A stretch of 60,260 nt of DNA. Source: Patescibacteria group bacterium (GTDB lineage Bacteria > Patescibacteriota > Patescibacteriia > Magasanikbacterales > UBA922). The stretch's first letter is position 1; each line of letters begins with the position of its first letter. The translations under genes and the position numbers were made by a program. Shown piece after piece: positions 1-8,481 of the stretch. The stretch covers positions 1 through 60,260 of the forward strand of contig JAQUAW010000002.1 in NCBI GenBank assembly GCA_028687045.1. Direction: 5' to 3'. Under the pieces are notes generated by a model. That model did no database searches, had not been told where the DNA came from, and saw only the letters and a program-made list of their open reading frames with translations.

Positions 1-1
1 G

Positions 2-292
2 AGAGTTAAAGCATTGTGTGATATTGCTTTTGGTAATTTTGATCTTAGAAAATGGGAAAAAACTGAACATCCTGATAGTAGTTCTATGCAAAAATGGTAT
101 GATGGTTTATCTGACGAAGAAAAAGAAATGACACTTGTAGTTCCACCATTATTATTGGAAAGAATTCAAAAATCTGTTAAAGTATTGGTACATCAGCCAG
201 AAGGTATTACTGATATGGAAGTTATTGAAGGAAAGATTCCTGCTTCTGTAAGTGAAAGTAGTATATATACAACTTATAAATATAAAAATTAA
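2..292 (+). CDS. hypothetical protein, probably 5'-partial
   Basis: ORF track 14..292 starts at TTG. The frame has no stop back to nt 2, so the start may lie outside the window. No motif recognised. Confidence 0.35.
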   Translation, partial: RVKALCDIAFGNFDLRKWEKTEHPDSSSMQKWYDGLSDEEKEMTLVVPPLLLERIQKSVKVLVHQPEGITDMEVIEGKIPASVSESSIYTTYKYKN

Positions 293-304
293 TTATTTAG
301 TATT

Positions 305-406
305 ATGGAAAATACATTTACTTTAGGAAGTTTTCTTTGGACTTCTTTACCAATATTGTTGTTGGCAGGTGTTATATTATTTGTGGGTTTAAAGTATTTT
401 AAATAA
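305..406 (+). CDS. possible 33-aa single-pass membrane peptide (MENTFTLGSFLWTSLPILLLAGVILFVGLKYFK)
   Basis: ATG 305, TAA 404-406, hydrophobic core. Below the ORF-track size cutoff; no homology evidence. Confidence 0.25.
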   Translation: MENTFTLGSFLWTSLPILLLAGVILFVGLKYFK

Positions 407-413
407 AAATTAT

Positions 414-1904
414 ATGTTTGCTATCTTAAATGAAAATTTATCTAGAAAATTTCGTTTGATTTATCTAGCTTTTGCATTGCTAATAGCTTTGGCTTTTGAT
501 TTTTTCTTTTGGGATGTTCAAGTATTTGGTTTAGGTTTTTGTTTGTTTGTTTCTCTTTATACTTTAGGTTTTACACTTATTACTTTTTTGAGTAAACAAT
601 TGCACCAACCTAAGGCACTTTGGCTTTTGTTGCCAATATTTATTTTTTCTTTGGATGTTTTGTTATTAAACAATGAATTTGTGACGGGTTTGGTACCTTT
701 GTTAGTCGCTATTTTACTGTTAGTCTATCCTTTTCTTTTGACCTTGAGAAATCCTGAGAAATTGAAATTTGATTTTTTACGATTAAAGTTTTTGGCAAAT
801 TTTTCCAAAGCTTTTGGTAAATTTAGACAAATGTTCAATGATTTGGATTTTGCCCATAAAGATAAAAACAATGACCTTTACAAAAAAATATTAGTAGGTG
901 TCTTGGTTTCCGTACCTATACTTTTTGTTTTTTTAGCTCTCTTCCTTAGTGCTGATCCTATCTTTGCAGACAAAGTGCACAATTTGTTTGATTTCAATAT
1001 TGAACCAACTATTGTTATTAGAATTTTTCGTACTATTTTTATTACTTCTGTTTTGGCTGGATTTTTTTATGTATTGATTGATACTATTCATGAAATAAAA
1101 TATAGAAAAGAAAAATCTCTAAAAATAGACAAAACAATTTCAGCTGTAGTTCTAACTTTGATAAACGTTTTGTTTGCTAGTTTTGTTATCATTCAACTTC
1201 AATACCTTTTTGGTTCTACAAGTTTTGTGGTGAATAATAATATCAATTTTGCTGATTATGCTAGACAAGGTTTTTTTCAACTTGCTTGGGTGATTGTTTT
1301 GGCTTCTATTATTTTGATTATTTTTTATAAATCAGCTTCAGATCATGGTAGTCATGTACTTTTGAAATTACTCAAAATATTTTTGATTTTACAAGTAGCT
1401 GTGATTGCTATGTCAGCTTTGAAGAGAATGAATCTTTATCAAGATGCTTATGGTTTTACAACTATGCGTCTTTATGTTGAATGGTTTATTTATTTTTGTA
1501 TGGCCATTTTGACTTTCACTGCTGTTAGTTTATCTATTGATTTTGAATTTAGAAAATTTTTCAACGTGACTGTAGTATTAGGAATAGCTGCTCTTTGTGT
1601 GGTTAGTTCAATAAATGTAGACAGGATGATTGCTAGTAAAAATGTTGATAGATTTTTGAATGAAAATAAAGAAATAGATATGTATTATTTATCTGAGTTA
1701 TCAACTGATGCTTTGCCAGAAGTTCTAAAAGTAAATACGCCTTTTATTTTAGATAAAGTTAAAAACAGTGATACAAGTGGTGGAGTGAATCCTTTTTATG
1801 ATGCCAAAGATACTATAATTAATAGATGGAAAAAAGAATATAAAAATGATTCATGGAAAGAATTCAATTTTAGTGTAGACAAACTTTGGAAACTAAAAAA
1901 TTAA
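414..1904 (+). CDS. polytopic integral membrane protein, function unknown
   Basis: 496-aa ORF with many hydrophobic segments along its length; no catalytic motif recognised. Confidence 0.7.
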   Translation: MFAILNENLSRKFRLIYLAFALLIALAFDFFFWDVQVFGLGFCLFVSLYTLGFTLITFLSKQLHQPKALWLLLPIFIFSLDVLLLNNEFVTGLVPLLVAILLLVYPFLLTLRNPEKLKFDFLRLKFLANFSKAFGKFRQMFNDLDFAHKDKNNDLYKKILVGVLVSVPILFVFLALFLSADPIFADKVHNLFDFNIEPTIVIRIFRTIFITSVLAGFFYVLIDTIHEIKYRKEKSLKIDKTISAVVLTLINVLFASFVIIQLQYLFGSTSFVVNNNINFADYARQGFFQLAWVIVLASIILIIFYKSASDHGSHVLLKLLKIFLILQVAVIAMSALKRMNLYQDAYGFTTMRLYVEWFIYFCMAILTFTAVSLSIDFEFRKFFNVTVVLGIAALCVVSSINVDRMIASKNVDRFLNENKEIDMYYLSELSTDALPEVLKVNTPFILDKVKNSDTSGGVNPFYDAKDTIINRWKKEYKNDSWKEFNFSVDKLWKLKN

Positions 1905-2020
1905 ATCAAGAGGATTGACAAATTGAGTCTGTAAGAACGAAATTTGTTAGACATCTCTGCTTGGTAAATAAAGTATTATTAAAAAAATTATTAATTAAGA
2001 AATGTGCGCAGGGTCTACAG

Positions 2021-2051
2021 ATCCCTCCCCGCCGAATCGGCGGGTCAGGAT
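2021..2051 (+). promoter_or_regulatory. 5'-UTR GC-rich hairpin module, copy a (upstream of alaS)
   Basis: atccctccccgccgaatcggcgggtcaggat: outer ATCC/GGAT and inner CCCGCCG/CGGCGGG stems. Preceded by TTAAGAAA and ends 13 nt before ATG 2065. Confidence 0.6.
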
Positions 2052-2064
2052 TAATTATAAAAAT

Positions 2065-3999
2065 ATGCTAAACGCTCAAGAACTTAGAAAAAAATATTTA
2101 GAATTTTTTGAAAGCAAAGGTCATACTGTGATCAGTTCAGCTTCTTTGATGCCTGAAAATGATCCAACCACACTTTTTACTGGCTCTGGTATGCAACCTA
2201 TGGTGCCATATTTGCTTGGTGAAAAACATCCTTTGGGAACTCGTATTTCTGATTCACAAAAATGTTTTCGTGCCGTTGACATGGATGAAGTGGGGGATAA
2301 TCGTCACACTACATTTTTTGAAATGCTTGGTAATTGGTCTTTGGGTGATTATTTCAAAGACGAACAAATTGAATGGATGTTTGAATTTCTTTCAAAAGAA
2401 ATAAAATTGGACATGAATCGTGTTTTTGTTACATGTTTTCGTGGTGATGAAAATAATGGAATTCCCAAAGATACAGAAGCTGCTCAAAAATGGCAAACAC
2501 TTTTTAGATCTACTGGTATTGAAGCAGAAATCGCTGACATGCCAGAAGAAAAAGGTTTACAGAATGCTAGAATATTTTATTACAATGCCAAGAAAAATTG
2601 GTGGAGTCGTGCAGGTATTCCTGAAAAAATGCCAGATGGTGAACCTGGTGGACCAGATAGTGAAATGTTTTGGGATTTTGGTGAACATTTGAATTTACAT
2701 GAAAAATCAAAGTGGAAAGACGAACCTTGTCATGTTAATTGTGATTGTGGACGTTTTATGGAGATTGGTAACAACGTTTTCATGGAGTATATAAAAGTTG
2801 GTGACAAATTTGAAAAGTTGAAACAACAAAATGTAGATTTTGGTGGAGGTCTAGAACGTATGGCTGCAGCTTTGAATGATAATCAGGATATGTTTACTAT
2901 AGACTTATTTACCGGTGTCAGAAAAAAAATAGAAGAAGTATCTGGAAAAAAATACGGTGAGGATGAAAAAGAAACTTATGCATTTAGAGTGATTATGGAT
3001 CATTTACGTGCTGCTACTTTTTTGATTGATGATGGTGCTATACCTTCAAACAAAGATCAAGGATATTTTACACGTCGACTTATTCGTCGTGCGGTTCGTT
3101 ATGCCAATGATTTGGGCGTTACCGATATTTTTACACCAGAAGTTGCTGGTATTTATATAGAAGAATATAGTGAGCATTACCCATCACTTCAAAAAAATAA
3201 AGAATTAATTTTGAATGAGTTAAGGAAAGAAGAAACTAAATTTCGAGAAACTCTTGAACAAGGTATCAAAGAATTTGAAAAATTAACCAAAGGTTTTCAA
3301 ATGGCTTTAGAAAAAACTGGCCGTGCTATTACTGAAATAAGTGGTAAACAAGCTTTCAAACTTTATGATACTTTTGGTTTTCCAATTGAGATGACAGAAG
3401 AGCTTGCTAGTGAAAATAATCTGACAATTGACAAAGCTGGTTTTGATGAAGCTTTCTTGGCTCATCAAGAACTTTCTCGTCAAGGTGCTGAACAAAAATT
3501 CAAAGGTGGTATGGCTGATCATGGTGAAATGAGTGTGAAGTATCATACTGCTACTCATCTTCTTCATGCTGCTTTGCGCCAAGTCTTGGGGAATCATGTT
3601 GAACAAAAGGGAAGTAATATCACAGCTGAAAGAATGCGTTTTGATTTTTCTTACAATGATAAAATGACTCCGGAACAAATAAAAGAAGTAGAAGATTTGG
3701 TCAATTCTGCTATAAAAAATGATTATCCAGTAACTTTTTCTGAAATGAAAGTAGAGGAAGCTCGTACCAAAAATGCGATTGGTCTTTTTGGTGACAAATA
3801 TGGCGAAATGGTAAAAGTCTATACTGTCGGGGATCCAAACGAGATCTCAGCCAAAGCTAGTGAGAATAGTCTGACTTTTAGTCGCGAAATTTGTGGTGGT
3901 CCTCATGTGGAACATACTGGTGTGATGGGGAATTTCAAAATTGTCAAAGAAGAATCGAGTAGTGCGGGTATTCGTCGTATTAAAGCAATTTTAGAATAA
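2065..3999 (+). CDS. alaS: alanine--tRNA ligase (short form, no C-Ala domain)
   Basis: The N-terminus MLNAQELRKKYLEFFESKGH is typical of AlaRS. Editing-domain motifs HTATHLLH and CGGPHV are present. Start moved from track 2002 to ATG 2065 because 2002-2064 is a hairpin element. Confidence 0.95.
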   Translation: MLNAQELRKKYLEFFESKGHTVISSASLMPENDPTTLFTGSGMQPMVPYLLGEKHPLGTRISDSQKCFRAVDMDEVGDNRHTTFFEMLGNWSLGDYFKDEQIEWMFEFLSKEIKLDMNRVFVTCFRGDENNGIPKDTEAAQKWQTLFRSTGIEAEIADMPEEKGLQNARIFYYNAKKNWWSRAGIPEKMPDGEPGGPDSEMFWDFGEHLNLHEKSKWKDEPCHVNCDCGRFMEIGNNVFMEYIKVGDKFEKLKQQNVDFGGGLERMAAALNDNQDMFTIDLFTGVRKKIEEVSGKKYGEDEKETYAFRVIMDHLRAATFLIDDGAIPSNKDQGYFTRRLIRRAVRYANDLGVTDIFTPEVAGIYIEEYSEHYPSLQKNKELILNELRKEETKFRETLEQGIKEFEKLTKGFQMALEKTGRAITEISGKQAFKLYDTFGFPIEMTEELASENNLTIDKAGFDEAFLAHQELSRQGAEQKFKGGMADHGEMSVKYHTATHLLHAALRQVLGNHVEQKGSNITAERMRFDFSYNDKMTPEQIKEVEDLVNSAIKNDYPVTFSEMKVEEARTKNAIGLFGDKYGEMVKVYTVGDPNEISAKASENSLTFSREICGGPHVEHTGVMGNFKIVKEESSSAGIRRIKAILE

Positions 4000-4113
4000 T
4001 AAAAAGTTACAAGAAACAAGATACAAACAAATTATAAATTCTAAATTATAAAAAGTTTGTTATTTGTTTTTTGAGATTTGTTTGTTACTTGTAACTTGTA
4101 TCTTAATATACAA

Positions 4114-4542
4114 ATGATAAAAAAAATCTTACAATACGCTTTGTCAGTTCGTCACCAATTCACCAAATACTTTATCGTTGGTTTTTCTGGATTATTTTTG
4201 GATTTAGCTACTTTGATTTTTTTCAAAGAATTTTTTGGGTTAAATGCTACTATTGCTGTTATTTTGAATCAGATATTGATGCTTACTTACAATTTTCTCT
4301 TGAATAAATATTGGTCTTTCAAAAACAAAGAAATGCCACACAGACAAATTGTGCGTTATTTAGTTTTGGCAGGCTTCAACTATTTATTTTCTGTGGGTGT
4401 AATGTATCTATTCAATCATATTTTAGAATTTGATTATCGTCTGGTGCGTATTGCGACAATTGCGGTCATGGTAATGTGGAATTTCTTTTTATACAAATAT
4501 TGGGTGTATCGAGAGGAACGGGGAACGGGGAACGGGGAATGA
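4114..4542 (+). CDS. GtrA family membrane protein
   Basis: FTKYFIVGFSGLFLDLATL...NKYWSFK pattern with four TM segments. Start set at the internal ATG 4114 (MIKKILQY). Confidence 0.75.
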   Translation: MIKKILQYALSVRHQFTKYFIVGFSGLFLDLATLIFFKEFFGLNATIAVILNQILMLTYNFLLNKYWSFKNKEMPHRQIVRYLVLAGFNYLFSVGVMYLFNHILEFDYRLVRIATIAVMVMWNFFLYKYWVYREERGTGNGE

Positions 4543-4565
4543 GGAAAGATCCATATAATTTTTTA

Positions 4566-4750
4566 AAACAAAAACGCCACCCATCCGCCTGCACAATAAT
4601 TTTTTATAAAATCATTATGCAGGTTTCTGGTGGCGTCTTGTGTTCGCGGGGGTTGATTTGACGTCTCCGTCCACCTGCGATCCTTCTCTACTTGAGCAGG
4701 ATCTGGCAACGGTCGAAGGCGGGCACGATGTACTCATCTTCGAAACGGTA
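4566..4750 (-). ncRNA. candidate structured small RNA, identity unknown
   Basis: GC-rich island in an AT-rich spacer. On the minus strand there is a GACG-GAGA-CGUC GNRA hairpin (4660-4671) and a 16-bp helix with two G.U pairs that would be A.C on the plus strand. An outer CGCCACC/GGUGGCG stem is followed by UUUUUGUUUU. The 5' end and promoter are uncertain. Confidence 0.45.
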
Positions 4751-4900
4751 CGTATTGATTTGTCAATATCTCAAAGGACTTTTGACTTTATGAACTTTCG
4801 ACTATACTTATTTTCTTGCTAAATTAAGCTAATTCTGATATACTGTGTTACGTGGTATGTGTTTCGTGTTACGCGAGATACCTTATCCACTTATTAATCC

Positions 4901-4929
4901 TTGACATTATTTTGACTATGAGTTAAAAT
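4901..4929 (+). promoter_or_regulatory. sigma70-type promoter of the infA/r-protein operon
   Basis: TTGACA (4901-4906), 17-nt spacer, TAAAAT (4924-4929); 24 nt upstream of infA ATG. Confidence 0.7.
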
Positions 4930-4953
4930 AGGGTCGTTAATTTCAATTTATAC

Positions 4954-5172
4954 ATGGGTAACAAACAAGACGTAATTGAAGTGTGGGGTAAAGTAATAGA
5001 ACTTTTGCCTGGTGCCAAGTTTCGTGTCGTCCTTGAAAACGAACATGAATTGGTATGTCACTTAGCAGGTAAGCTTCGTATGAATAATATTAGGCTTAAT
5101 GTAGGTGATGAAATCAAGGTAGAGATTACTCCTTACGACTTATCAAAAGGACGTATAACCTATAGATTTTAA
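4954..5172 (+). CDS. infA: translation initiation factor IF-1
   Basis: 72 aa with the S1-like IF-1 pattern ([29 protein letters not shown]...GRITYRF). Confidence 0.95.
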   Translation: MGNKQDVIEVWGKVIELLPGAKFRVVLENEHELVCHLAGKLRMNNIRLNVGDEIKVEITPYDLSKGRITYRF

Positions 5173-5179
5173 AATAATC

Positions 5180-5240
5180 TCAATCAGTGCGGTGTAGCCT
5201 TTCGGGGTGTCGATATCGCGGCAGTGGTTGATGATTTTTT
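5180..5240 (+). terminator. GC-rich imperfect hairpin plus U-run between infA and rpmJ (terminator/attenuator candidate)
   Basis: TCAATCAGTGC...GCAGTGGTTGA outer stem (10 of 11 pairs, one G.U) encloses a GC-rich core and is followed by TTTTTT. Confidence 0.4.
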
Positions 5241-5289
5241 ATTAAAAATATTTATTTTTCGCCAAAAGCGAACAAATTGGTAATTTATT

Positions 5290-5427
5290 ATGAAAGTTCA
5301 TTCATCAGTCAAAACAAGATGCAAAGATTGTAAAATCGTCATTCGTCGTGGCGCTCGTTATGTTATTTGCAAAAATCCTCGTCACAAACAAAGACAAGGA
5401 GCTAAACAGCGTGTAAAAGCTGCTTAA
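5290..5427 (+). CDS. rpmJ: 50S ribosomal protein L36 (45 aa, C-terminally extended)
   Basis: Not in the ORF track (under 60 aa). [37 protein letters not shown] matches the L36 zinc-ribbon pattern, followed by an AKQRVKAA tail. Confidence 0.85.
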   Translation: MKVHSSVKTRCKDCKIVIRRGARYVICKNPRHKQRQGAKQRVKAA

Positions 5428-5455
5428 ATTTAATTAAAAGATTAGAATATAAGAT

Positions 5456-5842
5456 ATGCGTGTCTCTGGAGTAAATATACCAAATGAAAAAAGAGTTCTT
5501 GTAGCTCTTACTTATGTGTACGGTATTGGTTCAACAACTGCCAAGAAAATCTTGGAACAAGCTCAAGTACCACTAACTACACGTACTAAAGATCTTACTC
5601 AAGATCAAGAAGATAAAATTCGTAATTTAGTCGAAAAAGGACATAAAACAGAAGGTGACTTACGTCGTGAAGTTTCTTCAAATATCAAACGTTTGAAAGA
5701 TATTAAATCTTACCGTGGCACACGTCATGCTAAGAGATTACCATCACGTGGTCAAAGAACTAAGACTAACAGTCGTACTACTCGTGGTAATAAGAGAAAT
5801 GTGGCAACTAGTGGTAAAAAACCTACTGCCCAAAAGACCTAA
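5456..5842 (+). CDS. rpsM: 30S ribosomal protein S13
   Basis: [22 protein letters not shown]-terminus plus conserved operon position. Confidence 0.95.
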   Translation: MRVSGVNIPNEKRVLVALTYVYGIGSTTAKKILEQAQVPLTTRTKDLTQDQEDKIRNLVEKGHKTEGDLRREVSSNIKRLKDIKSYRGTRHAKRLPSRGQRTKTNSRTTRGNKRNVATSGKKPTAQKT

Positions 5843-5876
5843 GTTGAATTACTAAAAAAACGAAAAATATTTTATT

Positions 5877-6269
5877 ATGGCTACTAAAAAAGTAAAAAAA
5901 GCTAAAAAGAAGAGTTTGCGTTCCGTATCACACGGTAAGGCTTACATTCAAGCTACATTCAATAATACTATTGTTTCAATCACTGATCAAAATGGTGATG
6001 TATTAGGTTGGTCTTCTGCTGGTAGAGTAGGATTCAAAGGACCAAAGAAATCTACACCTTATGCTGCTGGTGTTGTTGTAAAAGAAGTCGCTGAAGCTGT
6101 AAAAAGCTTTGGTATTAAAGAAGTAAATGTCTTTGTAAAAGGTATCGGTGGTGGTCGTGAAGGCGCTATTCGTGCTTTGAATTCCAACGGTATTCAAGTA
6201 TTATCTGTCAAAGATATCACACCTATTCCACACAATGGTTGTCGTCCACCAAAAAGAAGACGCGTATAA
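5877..6269 (+). CDS. rpsK: 30S ribosomal protein S11
   Basis: HGKAYIQATFNNTIVSITDQNGD...TPIPHNGCRPPKRRRV. Confidence 0.95.
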   Translation: MATKKVKKAKKKSLRSVSHGKAYIQATFNNTIVSITDQNGDVLGWSSAGRVGFKGPKKSTPYAAGVVVKEVAEAVKSFGIKEVNVFVKGIGGGREGAIRALNSNGIQVLSVKDITPIPHNGCRPPKRRRV

Positions 6270-6289
6270 CATAATTTGATTTTTATAAT

Positions 6290-6913
6290 ATGGGAAGAAA
6301 TATTGGACCAAAAAATAAAATTGCTAGACGTTTCAAAACTAATTTAGGTTTGAAAACTAATGCTGCAAAAGTTGCTCGTCGTCTTAATCAAGCTCCTGGT
6401 GTACATGGGCCTAATCAAAGACGTGTTTCTTTGTCATCATTTGGTAAGCAATTATTAGAAAAACAAAAAGCTAAAGTTGTTTACGGTATCCGTGAAAAAC
6501 AATTTCGTAAATATGTAGAAAAAGCTAGTGATATGACAGGTGACTCTGGTGTCAACTTGCAAGAATTGTTAGAAATGCGTATGGACAATGTTGTTTATCG
6601 TATGGGTTTTGCAACTACTCGTGCTCAAGCTAGACAATTTGTTAGTCATAGTATGTTTACTTTGAATGGCAAAAAAATGAATATCCCTTCACATATCGTA
6701 CGTGTTGGTGATATAATTGCTTTGAAAGAAAACAAACAAAAGAAACAAATTTTTGAAAATGTTAGTGATAGATTACAATCACAAGAAGTAGCATCTTGGA
6801 TTTTGGTAGATGCTGCAGCTAAATCTGGTAAAATTTTGACAAAACCTACTGAAAGAGATTTCGAAAAGGTTTTCGACGTTAAGCTTATCACTGAGTATTA
6901 CTCAACTAGATAA
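6290..6913 (+). CDS. rpsD: 30S ribosomal protein S4
   Basis: MGRNIGPK.. N-terminus, S4 domain (RMDNVVYRMGFATTRAQARQFVSH), operon position. Confidence 0.95.
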   Translation: MGRNIGPKNKIARRFKTNLGLKTNAAKVARRLNQAPGVHGPNQRRVSLSSFGKQLLEKQKAKVVYGIREKQFRKYVEKASDMTGDSGVNLQELLEMRMDNVVYRMGFATTRAQARQFVSHSMFTLNGKKMNIPSHIVRVGDIIALKENKQKKQIFENVSDRLQSQEVASWILVDAAAKSGKILTKPTERDFEKVFDVKLITEYYSTR

Positions 6914-6921
6914 TTTTTAAA

Positions 6922-7710
6922 ATGTCTGTTAACAAAAATCATATGGATTATATTCTTTTACCTTCAACAATCGAGTTCAAAGATACTGACAGAAAAAATG
7001 TTGCTGAACTTATAATTACACCTTGTCATCAAGGTTATGGTGTTACTGTTGGCAATGCTTTGCGTCGTGTTTTGTTATCTTCTATCGAAGGTGCAGCTGT
7101 AGAAGCTGTAAAAATAAATGGTATTCAACATGAATTTTCTGCAATTGAAGGTGTAATGGAAGATGTAATTGAAGTTTCTCAAAATTTGAAACAAATGGCT
7201 ATCATTTCTTATAGTGATACACCTGTGACTTTGACTTTAACCAAAAAAGGTAAAGGTGAAGTGACTGCTGCTGATTTTGAAAAAAATTCTGATATTGAAA
7301 TAATCAATCCTGATTTGAAAATTGCGACAATTACTGATGACAAAAAAGAATTAAGTTTAGAAATTATTATTGGAAAAGGTCTTGGTTATGTACCAGTTTC
7401 TGAAAAAGAAAGTAAGAATCTTGATTTGGGTACTATTCTTATCGACTCATTTTATTCCCCGGTAAAAGACGTCGGTTACGCAATAGAAAATACTCGTGTT
7501 GGAGATATTACTGACTACGAAAAGGTTACTTTGACTATTGAGACTAATGGTACTGTTAGTCCAAAAGAAACGGTAGAACGTGCTACCAAGATTTTGATGG
7601 ACCATTTCAGTTTAATTTTAGATTCTTCTAGTACTGTTACCAAAAAGACTAAAAAAGAATCCACTTCCACTAAAGTTAAGATGGACGAGGAAGTAAGTGC
7701 AGAAGAATAA
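6922..7710 (+). CDS. rpoA: DNA-directed RNA polymerase alpha subunit, N-terminal domain only
   Basis: Alpha-NTD pattern (GYGVTVGNALRRVLLSSIEGAAV, ...TIETNGTVSPKE). Only 262 aa, ending in a low-complexity tail with no CTD-like sequence. Confidence 0.9.
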   Translation: MSVNKNHMDYILLPSTIEFKDTDRKNVAELIITPCHQGYGVTVGNALRRVLLSSIEGAAVEAVKINGIQHEFSAIEGVMEDVIEVSQNLKQMAIISYSDTPVTLTLTKKGKGEVTAADFEKNSDIEIINPDLKIATITDDKKELSLEIIIGKGLGYVPVSEKESKNLDLGTILIDSFYSPVKDVGYAIENTRVGDITDYEKVTLTIETNGTVSPKETVERATKILMDHFSLILDSSSTVTKKTKKESTSTKVKMDEEVSAEE

Positions 7711-7736
7711 ATTAAAAAAAGAAATTTTATTTTAAT

Positions 7737-8087
7737 ATGAGACACCAAAAGAAAAATATAAAATTAGGTAGAACCAAAGCTCCTAGAAAAGCCTTACTTA
7801 GAAGTTTGGCTGAGAGTTTGATATTACATGATGCTATTGTTACTACCAAAGCAAAAGCAAAAGCTTTGCGTACTGTGGTAGAACCACTTGTTACCAAAGC
7901 TAAGAGAAATCGTCCAGTGGACAAAGAAATTATTAATTCAGTATTGTATACAGGTAAAGCTGTCAAAAAATTGGTTGAAACTATTGCTCCAAAATACAAA
8001 GACAGACAGGGTGGTTACACTCGTATTACTAAACTTGGTACTCGTCCAAATGACGGTGCTGAAAAAGTAAAAATAGAATTTGTCTAA
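7737..8087 (+). CDS. rplQ: 50S ribosomal protein L17
   Basis: MRHQKKNIKLGRTKAPRKALLRSLAESLI..; the GGYTRI motif. Confidence 0.95.
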   Translation: MRHQKKNIKLGRTKAPRKALLRSLAESLILHDAIVTTKAKAKALRTVVEPLVTKAKRNRPVDKEIINSVLYTGKAVKKLVETIAPKYKDRQGGYTRITKLGTRPNDGAEKVKIEFV

Positions 8088-8100
8088 AAAGATTTATAAT

Positions 8101-8460
8101 ATGCAAGAAATAAAACGTGAAAAAATAGAATTCGATGCCACAGATAAGGCTGTTGGTCGTGTAGCTACTCAAGCTGCTATGGCTCTTATGGGAAAAAATA
8201 AGCCTACCTTTGTGCGTCATATTGATACCGGTGATTTTGTAGTAGTAAATCATGCCAAATTGGTAAAATTTACTGGTAAAAAATTGGTACAAAAAGATTA
8301 TTATTTTCATTCAGGTCATCCAGGTGGATTGAAAATAACTTCAATGAAAAAAGTTTTTGATGCTGATCCAACTGACGTAATGCGTCGTGCTATTTATAGT
8401 ATGTTACCAAAAAACAAACTAAGAGATGGTATGATGAAACGTCTAATTATCAAAGCTTAA
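8101..8460 (+). CDS. rplM: 50S ribosomal protein L13
   Basis: LGRVATQAAMALMGKNKPTF..H.DTGDFVVVNHA pattern. Start set at ATG 8101 to avoid overlap with rplQ. Confidence 0.9.
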   Translation: MQEIKREKIEFDATDKAVGRVATQAAMALMGKNKPTFVRHIDTGDFVVVNHAKLVKFTGKKLVQKDYYFHSGHPGGLKITSMKKVFDADPTDVMRRAIYSMLPKNKLRDGMMKRLIIKA

Positions 8461-8481
8461 TAATAAATATTTTATATAATT

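Noticed and set aside
2002-2064. N-terminal extension of the alaS ORF (MCAGSTDPSPPNRRVRINYKN) suggested by the ORF track
   Set aside because: The segment is the GC-rich 5'-UTR hairpin module. The conserved AlaRS N-terminus begins at ATG 2065.
4540-4542. Alternative genetic code with UGA read as a sense codon (code 4/25, as in some CPR lineages)
   Set aside because: All conserved proteins are full length under the standard code. UGA appears as a plausible terminator (GtrA gene, copA). No conserved gene is interrupted by an in-frame UGA.
4566-4750. SRP RNA, tmRNA, RNase P RNA or 6S RNA identity for the GC-rich island
   Set aside because: It has no GGAA/AGCA domain IV motif, no tRNA-like acceptor/T-arm end or tag ORF, and no P4 GAGGAAAGUCC...ACAGAA pair. 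A 6S identity cannot be judged without a covariance model. Identity is left open.
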